This document shows positions 48,245 through 58,267 of a stretch of DNA of 64,000 nt, one piece after another. Within the stretch, counting starts at the first letter, position 1; every line of letters starts with the position of its first letter. A model generated the notes under the pieces. It made no database searches, had not been told where the DNA came from, and worked only from the letters and a program-made list of their open reading frames with translations. The DNA lies in the NCBI GenBank assembly GCA_048882485.1, contig JBHLRP010000007.1, forward strand, positions 1 to 64,000, read 5' to 3'. Source of the stretch: Candidatus Thorarchaeota archaeon (GTDB lineage Archaea; Asgardarchaeota; Thorarchaeia; Thorarchaeales; Thorarchaeaceae). The position numbers were made by a program, and so were the translations under genes.

Positions 48245-49768
48245 TTGTTGCAAAAAGCCCCTATGACGACTCAGGAGATGCGGGTCTTGGAGCTCAATTC
48301 TGAGTATCTAGGTGTCACGCATAGCATGCTCATGCAGAATGCTGGTCGCGAAGTTGCACGCGTGGTCACGTCAAACGAGAAGGTAAAAGGCAAGAGAATT
48401 GTGATCCTCTGTGGCCTGGGAGGCAATGGCGGCGATGGAATGGTGGCTGCGAGATATCTTCATGAAGAAGGAGCAGCTGTTGAAGTCTACCTTTTAGGCT
48501 CTGAGAATGATATATCCAACCGTGAAACCATCATCAATTGGGGGATATTGAAGAATCTCCAGGAGATATCCCGGGGTGTTCTGAAGACAGAGTCCTCTGT
48601 TAGGAAGACCAAGTCAATTATTGATGCCGACATTATTATTGACGGCATGATGGGATTTGGTCTAAAGAGTCGTTTACGGGAGCCAATCATATCTGGAGTT
48701 GAAATGTTCAATAAGTCAACGGCTAAGAAGTATGCAATTGATGTTCCTACAGGCATTAATTCAGATACAGGGGAGATTCATGGCAAGGCGGTGAATGCAG
48801 ATGTGACAATCGCGCTTCACGGGCCGAAGAAGGGAACTCTAGCAGTGAAAGAACTGGTTGGGAAGACGAAAATTGTTTCAATAGGGATTCCTGCAGAGGC
48901 TAGTACCATATGTGGACCTGGTGACCTGTCCTACTTTGTACAGCCACGCAAGTCTACAGCTCGAAAAGGGGATTTTGGAAGAATACTAGTGGTTGGTGGT
49001 AGTGATGTCTATTCTGGAGCGCCAGCTCTAGCTGGCCTCGCAGCCCTTCGTACAGGTGCGGACCTGGTAAGCATAATTGCCCCTGAGCCAGTTGTTGCAG
49101 CTGTACGGTCCTATAGCCCGAATCTAATGGTCAGCAGTCTGGGAACTCGAGTCCTCATGCAAGAGTCAGTCGATTCCATCATTGAGGCCGCAGCCTCCCA
49201 AGACGTTGTTGCACTTGGACCCGGCTTGGGTCTTGACCATGAGACCGTTTTGGCTGTCAGGGCAATTGTTAGCGAGTTGGTTCAAATGTCAAAACCAATC
49301 ATTATGGATGCTGATGGACTCAAGGCTTTGGCTGGATCGGAGCAATGCCTGAATCCAGACTTCTCCGTACTTACACCTCATTGGGGAGAGCTATCTATCT
49401 TAATGGAGAAGAATATTGGAGTTTCGAGTGATATGGCAAATCGAATATCCATGGCTCTAGAAACCGCAAAGAAGTATGACTCAGTAATCTTGCTCAAGGG
49501 GCCGATTGACATTGTTGCTCATCCTGATGGACGGCACAAACTAAATCGCACCGGGGTTCCGGCGATGAGTGTGGGGGGTACAGGTGATGTTCTGTCAGGG
49601 ATTGTTGCTGCTTTGCTGGCAAGAGGACATGGTGCTTTCAAAGCGGCTTCAGCCGCAGCCTTCGTGTCAGGTTCAGCTGGTGAATTAGCTTTCAACGACC
49701 TTGGCGATCATATCATGGCCACTGATTGCATAGATAGGATTCCAGCAGCAATGAGTTCCAGACACTAA
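48245..49768 (+). CDS. nnr: Bifunctional NAD(P)HX epimerase/dehydratase
   Basis: LMQNAG, GNGGDG, DVPTG, KGDFGRILVVGG, DADGL, TPHWGE and GGTGDVLSG motifs. Confidence 0.93.
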   Translation: MLQKAPMTTQEMRVLELNSEYLGVTHSMLMQNAGREVARVVTSNEKVKGKRIVILCGLGGNGGDGMVAARYLHEEGAAVEVYLLGSENDISNRETIINWGILKNLQEISRGVLKTESSVRKTKSIIDADIIIDGMMGFGLKSRLREPIISGVEMFNKSTAKKYAIDVPTGINSDTGEIHGKAVNADVTIALHGPKKGTLAVKELVGKTKIVSIGIPAEASTICGPGDLSYFVQPRKSTARKGDFGRILVVGGSDVYSGAPALAGLAALRTGADLVSIIAPEPVVAAVRSYSPNLMVSSLGTRVLMQESVDSIIEAAASQDVVALGPGLGLDHETVLAVRAIVSELVQMSKPIIMDADGLKALAGSEQCLNPDFSVLTPHWGELSILMEKNIGVSSDMANRISMALETAKKYDSVILLKGPIDIVAHPDGRHKLNRTGVPAMSVGGTGDVLSGIVAALLARGHGAFKAASAAAFVSGSAGELAFNDLGDHIMATDCIDRIPAAMSSRH

Positions 49769-50745
49769 TCTATGATTGGCATCTTGCTTAGGAGTGACCT
49801 AGCTAGCGACTTGTTCTCCTTATGGACCGGCACCCATACAATTCCTGCGCCAGGTTGCCCGTAAAGCATGACTGATTTATTGGGTGCTAGGAGGACTCCA
49901 GGGAATCCCATGAGGTCTTCTTCTCCATCAACAACAATCAAGGATTTCTTCTTGTCACGTATCGCTGTATCGATGGTGGACCATGCTTCAGGATATAGCA
50001 CCGCCGCAGGATTATAGAACATGTATTCTCGTTCTCCAGAGAAAGTTACTTCGAATTTCCCTCGTTTCGTGATTCCATCCACAATCGACACATCAGGGAT
50101 GAATCCTTCCTCAATAAGAGTCGCCGCGGTTACATCACCCACAGCTATGACACACTTTGGATTCTCTTCGATAATTCTTTTAACTACTCCCTTCTGGGGC
50201 GGGCCATCCATCTTGTGGTATAGGTCTCCTTTTGGCGCCTTAAGGTCGCCTCTTTGCGAGAAATCGAGTCTTCGTGGTGGTTCCTTGGTTCCTCTGAGAC
50301 GTTTTCCTTCTCTATCTATTTCCCCTTTCCGAACTCTGGCTGAGGTGAGTTTGTTTCCGTCGTATGCTCGGACTGGCTTTAGGTAATCAAGGACATCTTC
50401 GTATCCGGTCCTCTTATCCAGCGCACCGGATCTCACTTCATCACAGCAAGGCCCTTGATACATCAAGAACGTCGTTGCTCCATCAATGGCAAGCAACTCG
50501 CTGAACCGCGTCATTGTGATGGCATCAATTGTTTCATTCAGTTCTTCTTCCCTAAGGTATTCCTTCAGCTTTGCGAGCCTATCTCCAATTGGTTGGATTA
50601 TGCACTGAAGGTCAAGATTCCTTCCCACAATCTCACCCCCCGTGACCGCCGCAACGGGACTGGGCATGTCTGACAATTTATCTATCAATGCTTGATGTCC
50701 CAGATGGAATCTATCAAAGAGGTTCAGCGCATAGGTGCCTGTCAT
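49765..50745 (-). CDS. Fusion of a phosphopantetheine adenylyltransferase-like domain and DUF359 GTP-dependent dephospho-CoA kinase
   Basis: FDRFHLGH (HxGH) and LTSARVRKGEIDREG, then VGDVT, DGITKR, VDGEEDL and YGQPG. Confidence 0.8.
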   Translation of the reverse strand: MTGTYALNLFDRFHLGHQALIDKLSDMPSPVAAVTGGEIVGRNLDLQCIIQPIGDRLAKLKEYLREEELNETIDAITMTRFSELLAIDGATTFLMYQGPCCDEVRSGALDKRTGYEDVLDYLKPVRAYDGNKLTSARVRKGEIDREGKRLRGTKEPPRRLDFSQRGDLKAPKGDLYHKMDGPPQKGVVKRIIEENPKCVIAVGDVTAATLIEEGFIPDVSIVDGITKRGKFEVTFSGEREYMFYNPAAVLYPEAWSTIDTAIRDKKKSLIVVDGEEDLMGFPGVLLAPNKSVMLYGQPGAGIVWVPVHKENKSLARSLLSKMPIID

Positions 50746-50831
50746 GAATCACACACTCACTATGTCTGTTTTGAAACTTTAATATCCTTGTTTAACATGT
50801 CTGATTCCATTCGTATTGCAGAGCCATCAGA

Positions 50832-51527
50832 ATGAAAATACTAGCGGTAGCAGACGTACATAGTCCTCGGTTTCATGAAGAGTTCAAATTAGAGCTCTCC
50901 ACGCACTCTGATCCTGATATGTTCCTCATGGCCGGTGACATGATAAACCGGGGAAATGCTGATGAAATTGTACGAGTTCTTGATACGATAGAAGATACCC
51001 TTGGTGTTGACTTCCCCATCATAGGCTGCTTTGGAAATGAAGAATATGCTGAGATACGTAAGCACCTAGCAAGCCTTGTCGAGGGGAGGATGATCTTTCT
51101 TGATGAACAGTATTCTTCAGTGAAATCAGATGGCAAGATGGTTGGTATCGTTGGTACACAAGGTTCTCTTGACAAAGCAACCACATGGCAAAGGCGCAAC
51201 ATACCCTCTATAAAGAGGGTCTTCGAGAGACGTGCAGCCAGAGCATCAACCCTTCTAAAGGGTATCATGAAAAAGGTGGACTACACCATCCTCCTTATGC
51301 ATTACAGTCCCTGCCTAGAGACCTGCGAAGGGGAAGAAACCAAAGCCTTTGCTTGGCTAGGAAGCAGGAAGTTCTATAGTGTGGTTGAGAAGCGTCAGCC
51401 CAACCTGGTCATTCATGGACATGTCCACAACGCCTCGAAACATGAGGCTGTCATAGGACGCACGCTCGTTCGAAACGTATCCCTTCCTGCAGTAGGCAAG
51501 ATTACCGAGCTCAATCTTTGGAGCTAG
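50832..51527 (+). CDS. Calcineurin-like metallophosphoesterase
   Basis: ADVH, AGD, GNEE and HGHVH motifs. Confidence 0.88.
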   Translation: MKILAVADVHSPRFHEEFKLELSTHSDPDMFLMAGDMINRGNADEIVRVLDTIEDTLGVDFPIIGCFGNEEYAEIRKHLASLVEGRMIFLDEQYSSVKSDGKMVGIVGTQGSLDKATTWQRRNIPSIKRVFERRAARASTLLKGIMKKVDYTILLMHYSPCLETCEGEETKAFAWLGSRKFYSVVEKRQPNLVIHGHVHNASKHEAVIGRTLVRNVSLPAVGKITELNLWS

Positions 51528-51529
51528 TT

Positions 51530-51958
51530 CTATGGATATGCATGCCCCGTTACTTTGAGTACTGGCTCGAACTTGTATCCATATACAATGACGCCTGCAT
51601 CACCGTGCTGAGTGATCTTGCGGAAACACGCCCTAACTCTCATTCCGATCTTGACTTCATCCAAATCGACATTGACAATTTGGGCTGTAATCCGTGCTCC
51701 TTCGTCCAACTCTACCTGTGCCACAACATAGGGGATTTGTCGCTTGAAGTCCTCTGGTCCTTGACGTACAATAGCAAATGTATGAATCTTGCCAAGCCCC
51801 TTGAACTTGTGCGCCTCCAGTACTCCTTTTCGTCTGCAAGTTGGACAGACTGGTCTAGGCGGAAAGAAGAATGTATCACATGTCTTGCAGTGATTACCTT
51901 CAATGTTGTATATGGCCCGAATTCTTCTCCAGACCTGTGCTACTCCATGTGTTGCCAT
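51530..51958 (-). CDS. DUF35 Zn-ribbon/OB-fold scaffold protein
   Basis: CKTC...PPRPVCPTC and YGYKF; adjacent to the thiolase. Confidence 0.9.
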   Translation of the reverse strand: MATHGVAQVWRRIRAIYNIEGNHCKTCDTFFFPPRPVCPTCRRKGVLEAHKFKGLGKIHTFAIVRQGPEDFKRQIPYVVAQVELDEGARITAQIVNVDLDEVKIGMRVRACFRKITQHGDAGVIVYGYKFEPVLKVTGHAYP

Positions 51959-51965
51959 TCTCTTT

Positions 51966-53126
51966 CTACCTCCCTAGGATGTGGACAATCGAAGTTGCCC
52001 CTGTTCCTCCAATATTGACAGCGAGTCCCCTCTCAGCACCATCAACCTGTCTTCCTCCACCCTGTTCACGCAGTTGGAGTGTGAGTTCCACGATTTGTGC
52101 AACTCCTGTTGCGCCAATCGGATGGCCACGAGCCTTGAGGCCCCCAGAGGTGTTCACTGGGAACTTTCCTCCAACCTCAGTTAGGCCATCACTCAATGCC
52201 TGGCCGCCCTTGCCCTTATCCACAATGCCCACGTCTTCTGTGAGGGTTATCTCACCAATAGTGAAGCTATCATGAAGTTCGAAAACATTGATGTCATTTA
52301 TTTCCACCTTTGCTTTCTTCAATGCCTCTCTGGATGATCTGACCACTGCATCCATAGTGCAAATATCTCTTCTATCATGAAGTGCCAAGGTGTCGCTGGC
52401 TTGTGTGGAAGCCTCAATATACACAGGAGTGTCTGTGAAGTCCTTTGCTTTCTCCTCTGTACACATAATGAGTCCAGCTGCACCATCTGCCACAGGAGAA
52501 GAATGAAGAACTCGCAGTGGGTCTGCGAGCATACCTGAACCCATGACCACCTTGAGCGGCACCGGACGCTGGAATTGAGCGTATGGATTGTGAGCAGCAT
52601 TTGCATGATTCTTAACAGTTGGTAGGCTAAGTTGCTCCTCTGTCGTTCCAAACTCCTCCATATGACGTCGAGCAATGAATGCATAGAGTGCTGGAAAAGT
52701 CGCTCCAAACATGCCCTCCCATTCCCAGTCGCCAGCAACGCTTATGGTGTTCATCGCTTCTGTCTGGTTTACGTCGCTCATCTTCTCTGTTCCAAGGACC
52801 ATCATGACTTCGTGTTCGCCAGAACGGATTGCCATGTACGCCTGTCTTACTGCGGCACCTCCGCTGGCACAAGCTGCTTCAACACTGTAGGCAGGGACTC
52901 CACCCAAGCCGCCGGCGTCAACTGCAAGGGCACCAAGATGCTCTTGCCCGGTGAACCTCCCTGCACTCATGTTTCCTATGCAGACTGCTCCAATGTCAGC
53001 TCCACGAACACCTGAGTCGAAGATGGCAACCATAGCCGCTTCGAGAGTGATATCACGGATACTCTGCTCCCATAGTTCTCCGAATTGACTGAGTCCTACA
53101 CCAACAATAGCTACTCGATTTCCCAT
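51966..53126 (-). CDS. Acetyl-CoA acetyltransferase (archaeal thiolase)
   Basis: VEAACASGG, ELHDSF and SGGLKARGHPIGATG motifs. Confidence 0.92.
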   Translation of the reverse strand: MGNRVAIVGVGLSQFGELWEQSIRDITLEAAMVAIFDSGVRGADIGAVCIGNMSAGRFTGQEHLGALAVDAGGLGGVPAYSVEAACASGGAAVRQAYMAIRSGEHEVMMVLGTEKMSDVNQTEAMNTISVAGDWEWEGMFGATFPALYAFIARRHMEEFGTTEEQLSLPTVKNHANAAHNPYAQFQRPVPLKVVMGSGMLADPLRVLHSSPVADGAAGLIMCTEEKAKDFTDTPVYIEASTQASDTLALHDRRDICTMDAVVRSSREALKKAKVEINDINVFELHDSFTIGEITLTEDVGIVDKGKGGQALSDGLTEVGGKFPVNTSGGLKARGHPIGATGVAQIVELTLQLREQGGGRQVDGAERGLAVNIGGTGATSIVHILGR

Positions 53127-53135
53127 ATGATCACC

Positions 53136-54179
53136 TCACCCAAGTGCGACAATCTTCCTTCGATATTTCGCGTAGACAGAATAGCTGATGTATGTCTTTC
53201 TCGCGATATAATCATCCACAGTTGGGACCTCGCCTCTCCGACTCTCAATTTCCTCCTCTACCTTGATTGAAAATGCATCACTTCCTGCTCCTGAGCCATA
53301 GGCCACCATGAATACCTTTGAGCCGGGATCTGCAATGTCTAGGATTCTCGCCAAGCCCATCATTGCTGAAGCGGAATAGGTGTTGCCAATCTGCTGGACC
53401 ACAAGGCTGTCCTCCAGCTTCTCTGGAGGAACCCCCAATTGATTGCCCATTGCTACAGGAAATTTCCCATTGGGCATATGAAATACGAAGTAGTCGTAGT
53501 CCTCAACAGTTGTCTTTGTCTTCTTTAGCAGCGATTTTGCTCCGGCACCGACATGGCGGAAATACGCTGGCTCTCCAGTGAATCTCGCGCCGTGACTTGG
53601 AAAATCTTCGCCCTCTCTCCGCCAGAAGTCTGGAGTGTCGGTTGTAAATGAAACTGTTTCCTCAATTGTTGCCACAGGGTTCTTTTTGCCGATCAAGAAT
53701 GCTGCACCACCTGCAGCAGCTGAATACTCGAGGGCGTCGCCTGGACGGCCCTGTGCTGTGTCAGAACCAATTGCCAATCCAATTTTGATCATATTTGAGT
53801 CGACTAGCCCCATGCATGTCTGGACTGCTGCAGTGCCTGCCTTGCATGCAAACTCAAAGTCCGCACATGTGATGTCATGCGTGCATCCAATGGCTTCAGC
53901 AACAATCGTGCCCGTGGGCTTGACAGCGTATGGGTGTGACTCTGAGCCTACATAGACTGCTCCTATATCGGTGGGATCTATACCTCCCTGCTTCACAGCG
54001 TTACGGGCAGCTTCCACAGAAATCGTAGCCACATCCTCGTCTGGTCCTGGTACGGACTTCTCAAACACAGCAAGACCCTTAGCAAGCTTGGGACCATCTT
54101 CACCCCAGACTTCTGCGATATCTTCAGTTTTAATGCGATAGCGTGGTACGTAGACTCCATAGCCAACAATGCCTACCAT
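53136..54179 (-). CDS. Hydroxymethylglutaryl-CoA synthase
   Basis: [25 protein letters not shown] and GNTYS motifs. Confidence 0.95.
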   Translation of the reverse strand: MVGIVGYGVYVPRYRIKTEDIAEVWGEDGPKLAKGLAVFEKSVPGPDEDVATISVEAARNAVKQGGIDPTDIGAVYVGSESHPYAVKPTGTIVAEAIGCTHDITCADFEFACKAGTAAVQTCMGLVDSNMIKIGLAIGSDTAQGRPGDALEYSAAAGGAAFLIGKKNPVATIEETVSFTTDTPDFWRREGEDFPSHGARFTGEPAYFRHVGAGAKSLLKKTKTTVEDYDYFVFHMPNGKFPVAMGNQLGVPPEKLEDSLVVQQIGNTYSASAMMGLARILDIADPGSKVFMVAYGSGAGSDAFSIKVEEEIESRRGEVPTVDDYIARKTYISYSVYAKYRRKIVALG

Positions 54180-54481
54180 TTACACTCTCTCCATTCGATA
54201 CGTGAATTGTCGAATTACGTTACGTCATTTTAGGTGGAACTTAAACTCTTCGTCATCGAGCCTCTTAAGAACATTATTGAAGGGCCCTATTCTTGTCACG
54301 ACTATCACCGAATGTCCTTCATCAGTTCGGTTGATGCCGATTGTATCGTCTTCTTCCCTGCTATTTATGACTAGCGTTGATACATCTGAGTCTGTCGAAA
54401 AAGCAAAACAGTAATGACGACAAGTTGCGGAGCGAATTAAGGCTATAAGCGCAAACAGTCGATAAATGCTAGGTGAGTTCA

Positions 54482-54670
54482 ATGTCAACCTTGAGTACAA
54501 AATACAGGCGTGTAATTGTGGAGGAAACTAAGACAGCAAGGCAACTCCTTGACGAACTGGATCTTTCTACGGATCATGTAGTACTTGTCGAAGGGAAACG
54601 CATGGAGCTTGATGATCTACTCGATGAAAACACACTAGTCATTGTTCTCCCGCTTATTGCAGGTGGATGA
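54482..54670 (+). CDS. ThiS/MoaD/SAMP-like ubiquitin-fold protein
   Basis: About 62 aa, beta-grasp-like pattern, C-terminal IAGG. Confidence 0.8.
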   Translation: MSTLSTKYRRVIVEETKTARQLLDELDLSTDHVVLVEGKRMELDDLLDENTLVIVLPLIAGG

Positions 54671-54686
54671 TGTATCCAGCCGTGCT

Positions 54687-56045
54687 TCAGCCATTTGTTG
54701 TTTCTTCTATTTGAATTCCCAAATCTGAGGCCATTGTATAGAGAATCACCTGGGCCTTTGCTCTCTGTTCCTTTCTTGGGATCTCAGCCATCTCCTTCAC
54801 ATTTTCATTCAGACTCTTCATCAGGATTCGACTAGAGCCAGAGCTATACTGCGTGGCCTTCTTTGGTGTGGCATGGATGCTCTCAGGCAGTCCTAGCCGC
54901 TCCGCGAGTTCTCGAAAAATGACTTTTCTCTCCGGCTGTTCGCCCAAGTGGATTTTCCATCTTGATGGAATGCCAAGTGCCAATTCAATGAACGCTGTTG
55001 AGAGATATGGGAAATAGGACTCAACGCGATGGGCCGCAATGGCTCTATCATCTCTCTCTATGTTGGTTTCATGAGTTGTTGCTGCTTCCTGCCACAGCTT
55101 TGCATCAAGGGCATCTTCCCCCTCCTCCTCGAAGATTCTCACATGTCTAGCATAGCCAGCAAATAACTCGTCAGGGCCTTGTCCGGACAGCATAAGTGAA
55201 ATACCATCATTGGATGCCTGACTAGATGCAAGATAGAATGGTAGAGCAATCTCCAGATCCATTAGATTTGCACTCTCAATGGAGTACATGAGATGCGGGA
55301 GGACTTCCCACACCACGTCCGAGTTGATTTCCACAGCATTGAGATTCATTCCTAAGGCATCTGCCGCGCTAGCTGCTGCAATACGGTCGTGAAAGGGTGC
55401 CGATGAAGCGGTGTAGAGCTGCACATCCATGCATGTTTCTTTTGCAAGCAGAGCAACAAGTGAGCTATCAACTCCGCCCGAAAACAGGACTCCCACACGC
55501 CGCCCTCTAATCCGTGTAAACGAAGCTCGTAACGCAATCTCCAAACGTCTGATTAACTCGTCGCGTGGAATATCCTGGATGCGAGATGGAGGACCCATCT
55601 TTGCATCCTCGGTGGCAGTTATATCCTCAATTCCCGTTATCTTGAGACATTGCCCTGGCTGGAGTGAAGTGACATTCCTAGCCCCAGCTTCCCAAAGAGC
55701 CTTTCTTTCACTGGAGAAGAGTATGGCCTTGCCTGATTTGGCATAATAAAGCGGTTTCATCGAAAAGAACCGTCGCTTTAACTCAACTCCTTCATGATTC
55801 ACCGACATGAATAGTGAATCTACTTGTTCTCCTCCCACAACAATCAGAATTCTCTCCATGTCCTCTTTGATGATGAATGATTCAAGTGGGAGTGTTCTAG
55901 TCTTGATGACGACGAGGCAATCACTATTCATTGTTAAACTAAATGTTCTCGCCTCTCCCCTGTGCGATAGCTTTTGGGACATTCTCTCTACTAAATCTAG
56001 GGCTTCTACTGTTCTATCTGAAATTGCACCAGCTATGCCTGCCAT
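54687..56045 (-). CDS. Asparagine synthetase B-like protein lacking the N-terminal catalytic Cys
   Basis: MAGIAG in place of MCGIxG; KPLYY, LFSGGVDSS, SGQGPDELFAGY and KKATQYSSG. Confidence 0.82.
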   Translation of the reverse strand: MAGIAGAISDRTVEALDLVERMSQKLSHRGEARTFSLTMNSDCLVVIKTRTLPLESFIIKEDMERILIVVGGEQVDSLFMSVNHEGVELKRRFFSMKPLYYAKSGKAILFSSERKALWEAGARNVTSLQPGQCLKITGIEDITATEDAKMGPPSRIQDIPRDELIRRLEIALRASFTRIRGRRVGVLFSGGVDSSLVALLAKETCMDVQLYTASSAPFHDRIAAASAADALGMNLNAVEINSDVVWEVLPHLMYSIESANLMDLEIALPFYLASSQASNDGISLMLSGQGPDELFAGYARHVRIFEEEGEDALDAKLWQEAATTHETNIERDDRAIAAHRVESYFPYLSTAFIELALGIPSRWKIHLGEQPERKVIFRELAERLGLPESIHATPKKATQYSSGSSRILMKSLNENVKEMAEIPRKEQRAKAQVILYTMASDLGIQIEETTNG

Positions 56046-56108
56046 TAAAAAAGCAACGCTCCTTCTTTCGAGGAGGCAAGATGCATTGCTGAGTGATTGT
56101 CCTAGTGC

Positions 56109-56528
56109 TCACTCGCCAACAGGCACCTGCTCAAGCACGACTTTCTGAACTCCGGTGATTCCGTTTAGGAATCCATCAAGGTCCTTTACAGTCACAGCAA
56201 GCTGTTGCGGGGTGAAATAGCATTCGTAATAGCATTGATCAGCCGCTTGACATATGCCGCTCGTGAATAGAATATCATCAAGTCCTGCCTTCATGAAGAT
56301 TGTAGTTAGTTCCTCGAGGAAGCTTTTGCTTAGCTTCTCAATCTCCAGTTTGAGGTACATCACAACCTCACTGTCAACCGGATAGAGCTTGACATTCTTG
56401 TCTTTCATCACTAGAATGGCAAGACCGAATGGCTGCTTTATTCCATCAACAAATTCCTTTGGAAGCGTGACAACGTTTCCAGTATTAATCTCGAGGACCC
56501 TTGCTCTTGTCATGTCGGCTTCTTTCAA
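56109..56528 (-). CDS. Hypothetical protein (possible AbrB-like N-terminus and ACT-like C-terminus)
   Basis: GNVVTLPKEFV resembles an AbrB-type motif; co-oriented with its neighbours. Confidence 0.55.
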   Translation of the reverse strand: MKEADMTRARVLEINTGNVVTLPKEFVDGIKQPFGLAILVMKDKNVKLYPVDSEVVMYLKLEIEKLSKSFLEELTTIFMKAGLDDILFTSGICQAADQCYYECYFTPQQLAVTVKDLDGFLNGITGVQKVVLEQVPVGE

Positions 56529-56600
56529 TTTCTCACCCTCTTGGGTACACGAGCAGAAGAGAGCGCTCTCAATTTATCTCTTACGGGCAGGCGAAAATCA

Positions 56601-58238
56601 TCATCTCTTCCGGAACCAAGAGCGTAATTTTGCTATGGCAGCAGGTTCTGGACGCTCAACTTCGTGAAGCTTCCACAGATCTTCCTCAGATCCGTCGAAC
56701 TCCAGGAACGCAACACCACCTTCTGATCGTAAATGTTCCATTTCCTGGAGTTTACTCAGAAGCCATGCCTTTCTGGATACTGGCATTCTAGCAGTTGCGA
56801 GGTCAAATATATGCGGATGGATGTCAAAGACCAGTGCTCTCTCACTCAGATACTCTAGTGCACCATCCTCCAAAGTCTTGCTAATCTTTTCCCTATCCGT
56901 GAAAAATGATGCCGCGACTGACATATTCGGGTATTTCTCAGGAAGGTTCATAGCGAATTTGAAAGACTTTCTGAATTTGGAAAGATGCGTAGCTGCATCA
57001 AGAATGAGTATGGTTTCTGGCTTGCCTTCAAACTCCTCTTCTGACATCTCGATATCGGATTCCAGCTCAATGTCTTGCTGCTCTATGACTTCTTGGATGA
57101 GCTGATCTGTTACTGGCGGTAGGTCGCTATCTTTGATCTCCGTTAAGTCTTCGTATTCCATGGGAATCTCGTCAAACTCCTCTTCTTTCTTCTTCCTACC
57201 ACTCTTAAAATCGGGTTGAGGTTCTCTTTTGGGGCGTCTGTGTGGTGGAATGTACCCTACCTCTTCAACCAGGTGTTGAAGAATTAATGGAAGAAAGAGA
57301 TCATAGAGCGTGCCTCTCGTTTCAAGAATGAGCAGTACCGGTGTATAGTTCGAAACCGACTCAATCAGACCTGATTGATACTCATCATCAATTACGAAGA
57401 ACTTCTCAAGATTTTCCCTGGAGTAACCCTCTTCGACGCGCTTGGTCCAGTCTGCATAGACATCCTTTACTTCCTGTTTTCTCCTGTCACGCACTAGACT
57501 CATGAACTTCCCGAGATATTTAACGCCGCGAGACACAGCAGTAGCCGGGCTAATGAACACCGTCATGAGTCCAACTGCTTCTCCAGCATACTCACTGGCT
57601 TCTGCATCGCGCATCTTGCCCATCACTTCCTCCGTCAGAGAGGGCGGGCCAAGCTTCTCAACAAGAACCTCTATCATCCCTTGTACGTCCTCAAAAGAGG
57701 CATCCCCCGGTCCAATTCGCTCTCCAACCGGCGACGCATCGGAGAGGACTTCAGCGAAAACGTTTGGGCGTTTGATGAGCCACTTGAGGGGGATTTTCAA
57801 GGATGTGTAGTCATGGAGCCACGTCCTGTCTGAGTCCTTGAGACCAAAATAGAACTTGGTCGACTCTGGAAATACATCATCAAACTCCTCCATAAACTGG
57901 TCAAATCCCGATTTGGTACTAAGACCCATCTCTCCCTTTTCCATCGCATCGACTACAAAGAGAAGGCCTTGTTCCTTCTTCTTCGCCTCACCTGCAAGGG
58001 CGAGCATAACCTGCTTTGGAGACAAGTATAGACGATCACTTTCTGCATAAGGTGCATCGAAGAATGAGAACATTCCCATTTTGCGCCATGGCTTTCCGGA
58101 CAGGTCCTCCTTGACCAAATGTGAGAACCACTCAAATCCACGTTTGTATCTCGAAATGCTTTCATCATCGGTTCCTGTAGTTGGCATGCAATGCACCCTT
58201 GTAGCTGCGAACGGTGTCGTTTCTACTGAGTACCTCAT
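56601..58238 (-). CDS. Hypothetical protein with acidic low-complexity insert
   Basis: 545-aa ORF with no confident family. Confidence 0.7.
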   Translation of the reverse strand: MRYSVETTPFAATRVHCMPTTGTDDESISRYKRGFEWFSHLVKEDLSGKPWRKMGMFSFFDAPYAESDRLYLSPKQVMLALAGEAKKKEQGLLFVVDAMEKGEMGLSTKSGFDQFMEEFDDVFPESTKFYFGLKDSDRTWLHDYTSLKIPLKWLIKRPNVFAEVLSDASPVGERIGPGDASFEDVQGMIEVLVEKLGPPSLTEEVMGKMRDAEASEYAGEAVGLMTVFISPATAVSRGVKYLGKFMSLVRDRRKQEVKDVYADWTKRVEEGYSRENLEKFFVIDDEYQSGLIESVSNYTPVLLILETRGTLYDLFLPLILQHLVEEVGYIPPHRRPKREPQPDFKSGRKKKEEEFDEIPMEYEDLTEIKDSDLPPVTDQLIQEVIEQQDIELESDIEMSEEEFEGKPETILILDAATHLSKFRKSFKFAMNLPEKYPNMSVAASFFTDREKISKTLEDGALEYLSERALVFDIHPHIFDLATARMPVSRKAWLLSKLQEMEHLRSEGGVAFLEFDGSEEDLWKLHEVERPEPAAIAKLRSWFRKR

Positions 58239-58267
58239 ATGTGCTGAGATAAACCTATTGACGCAGA

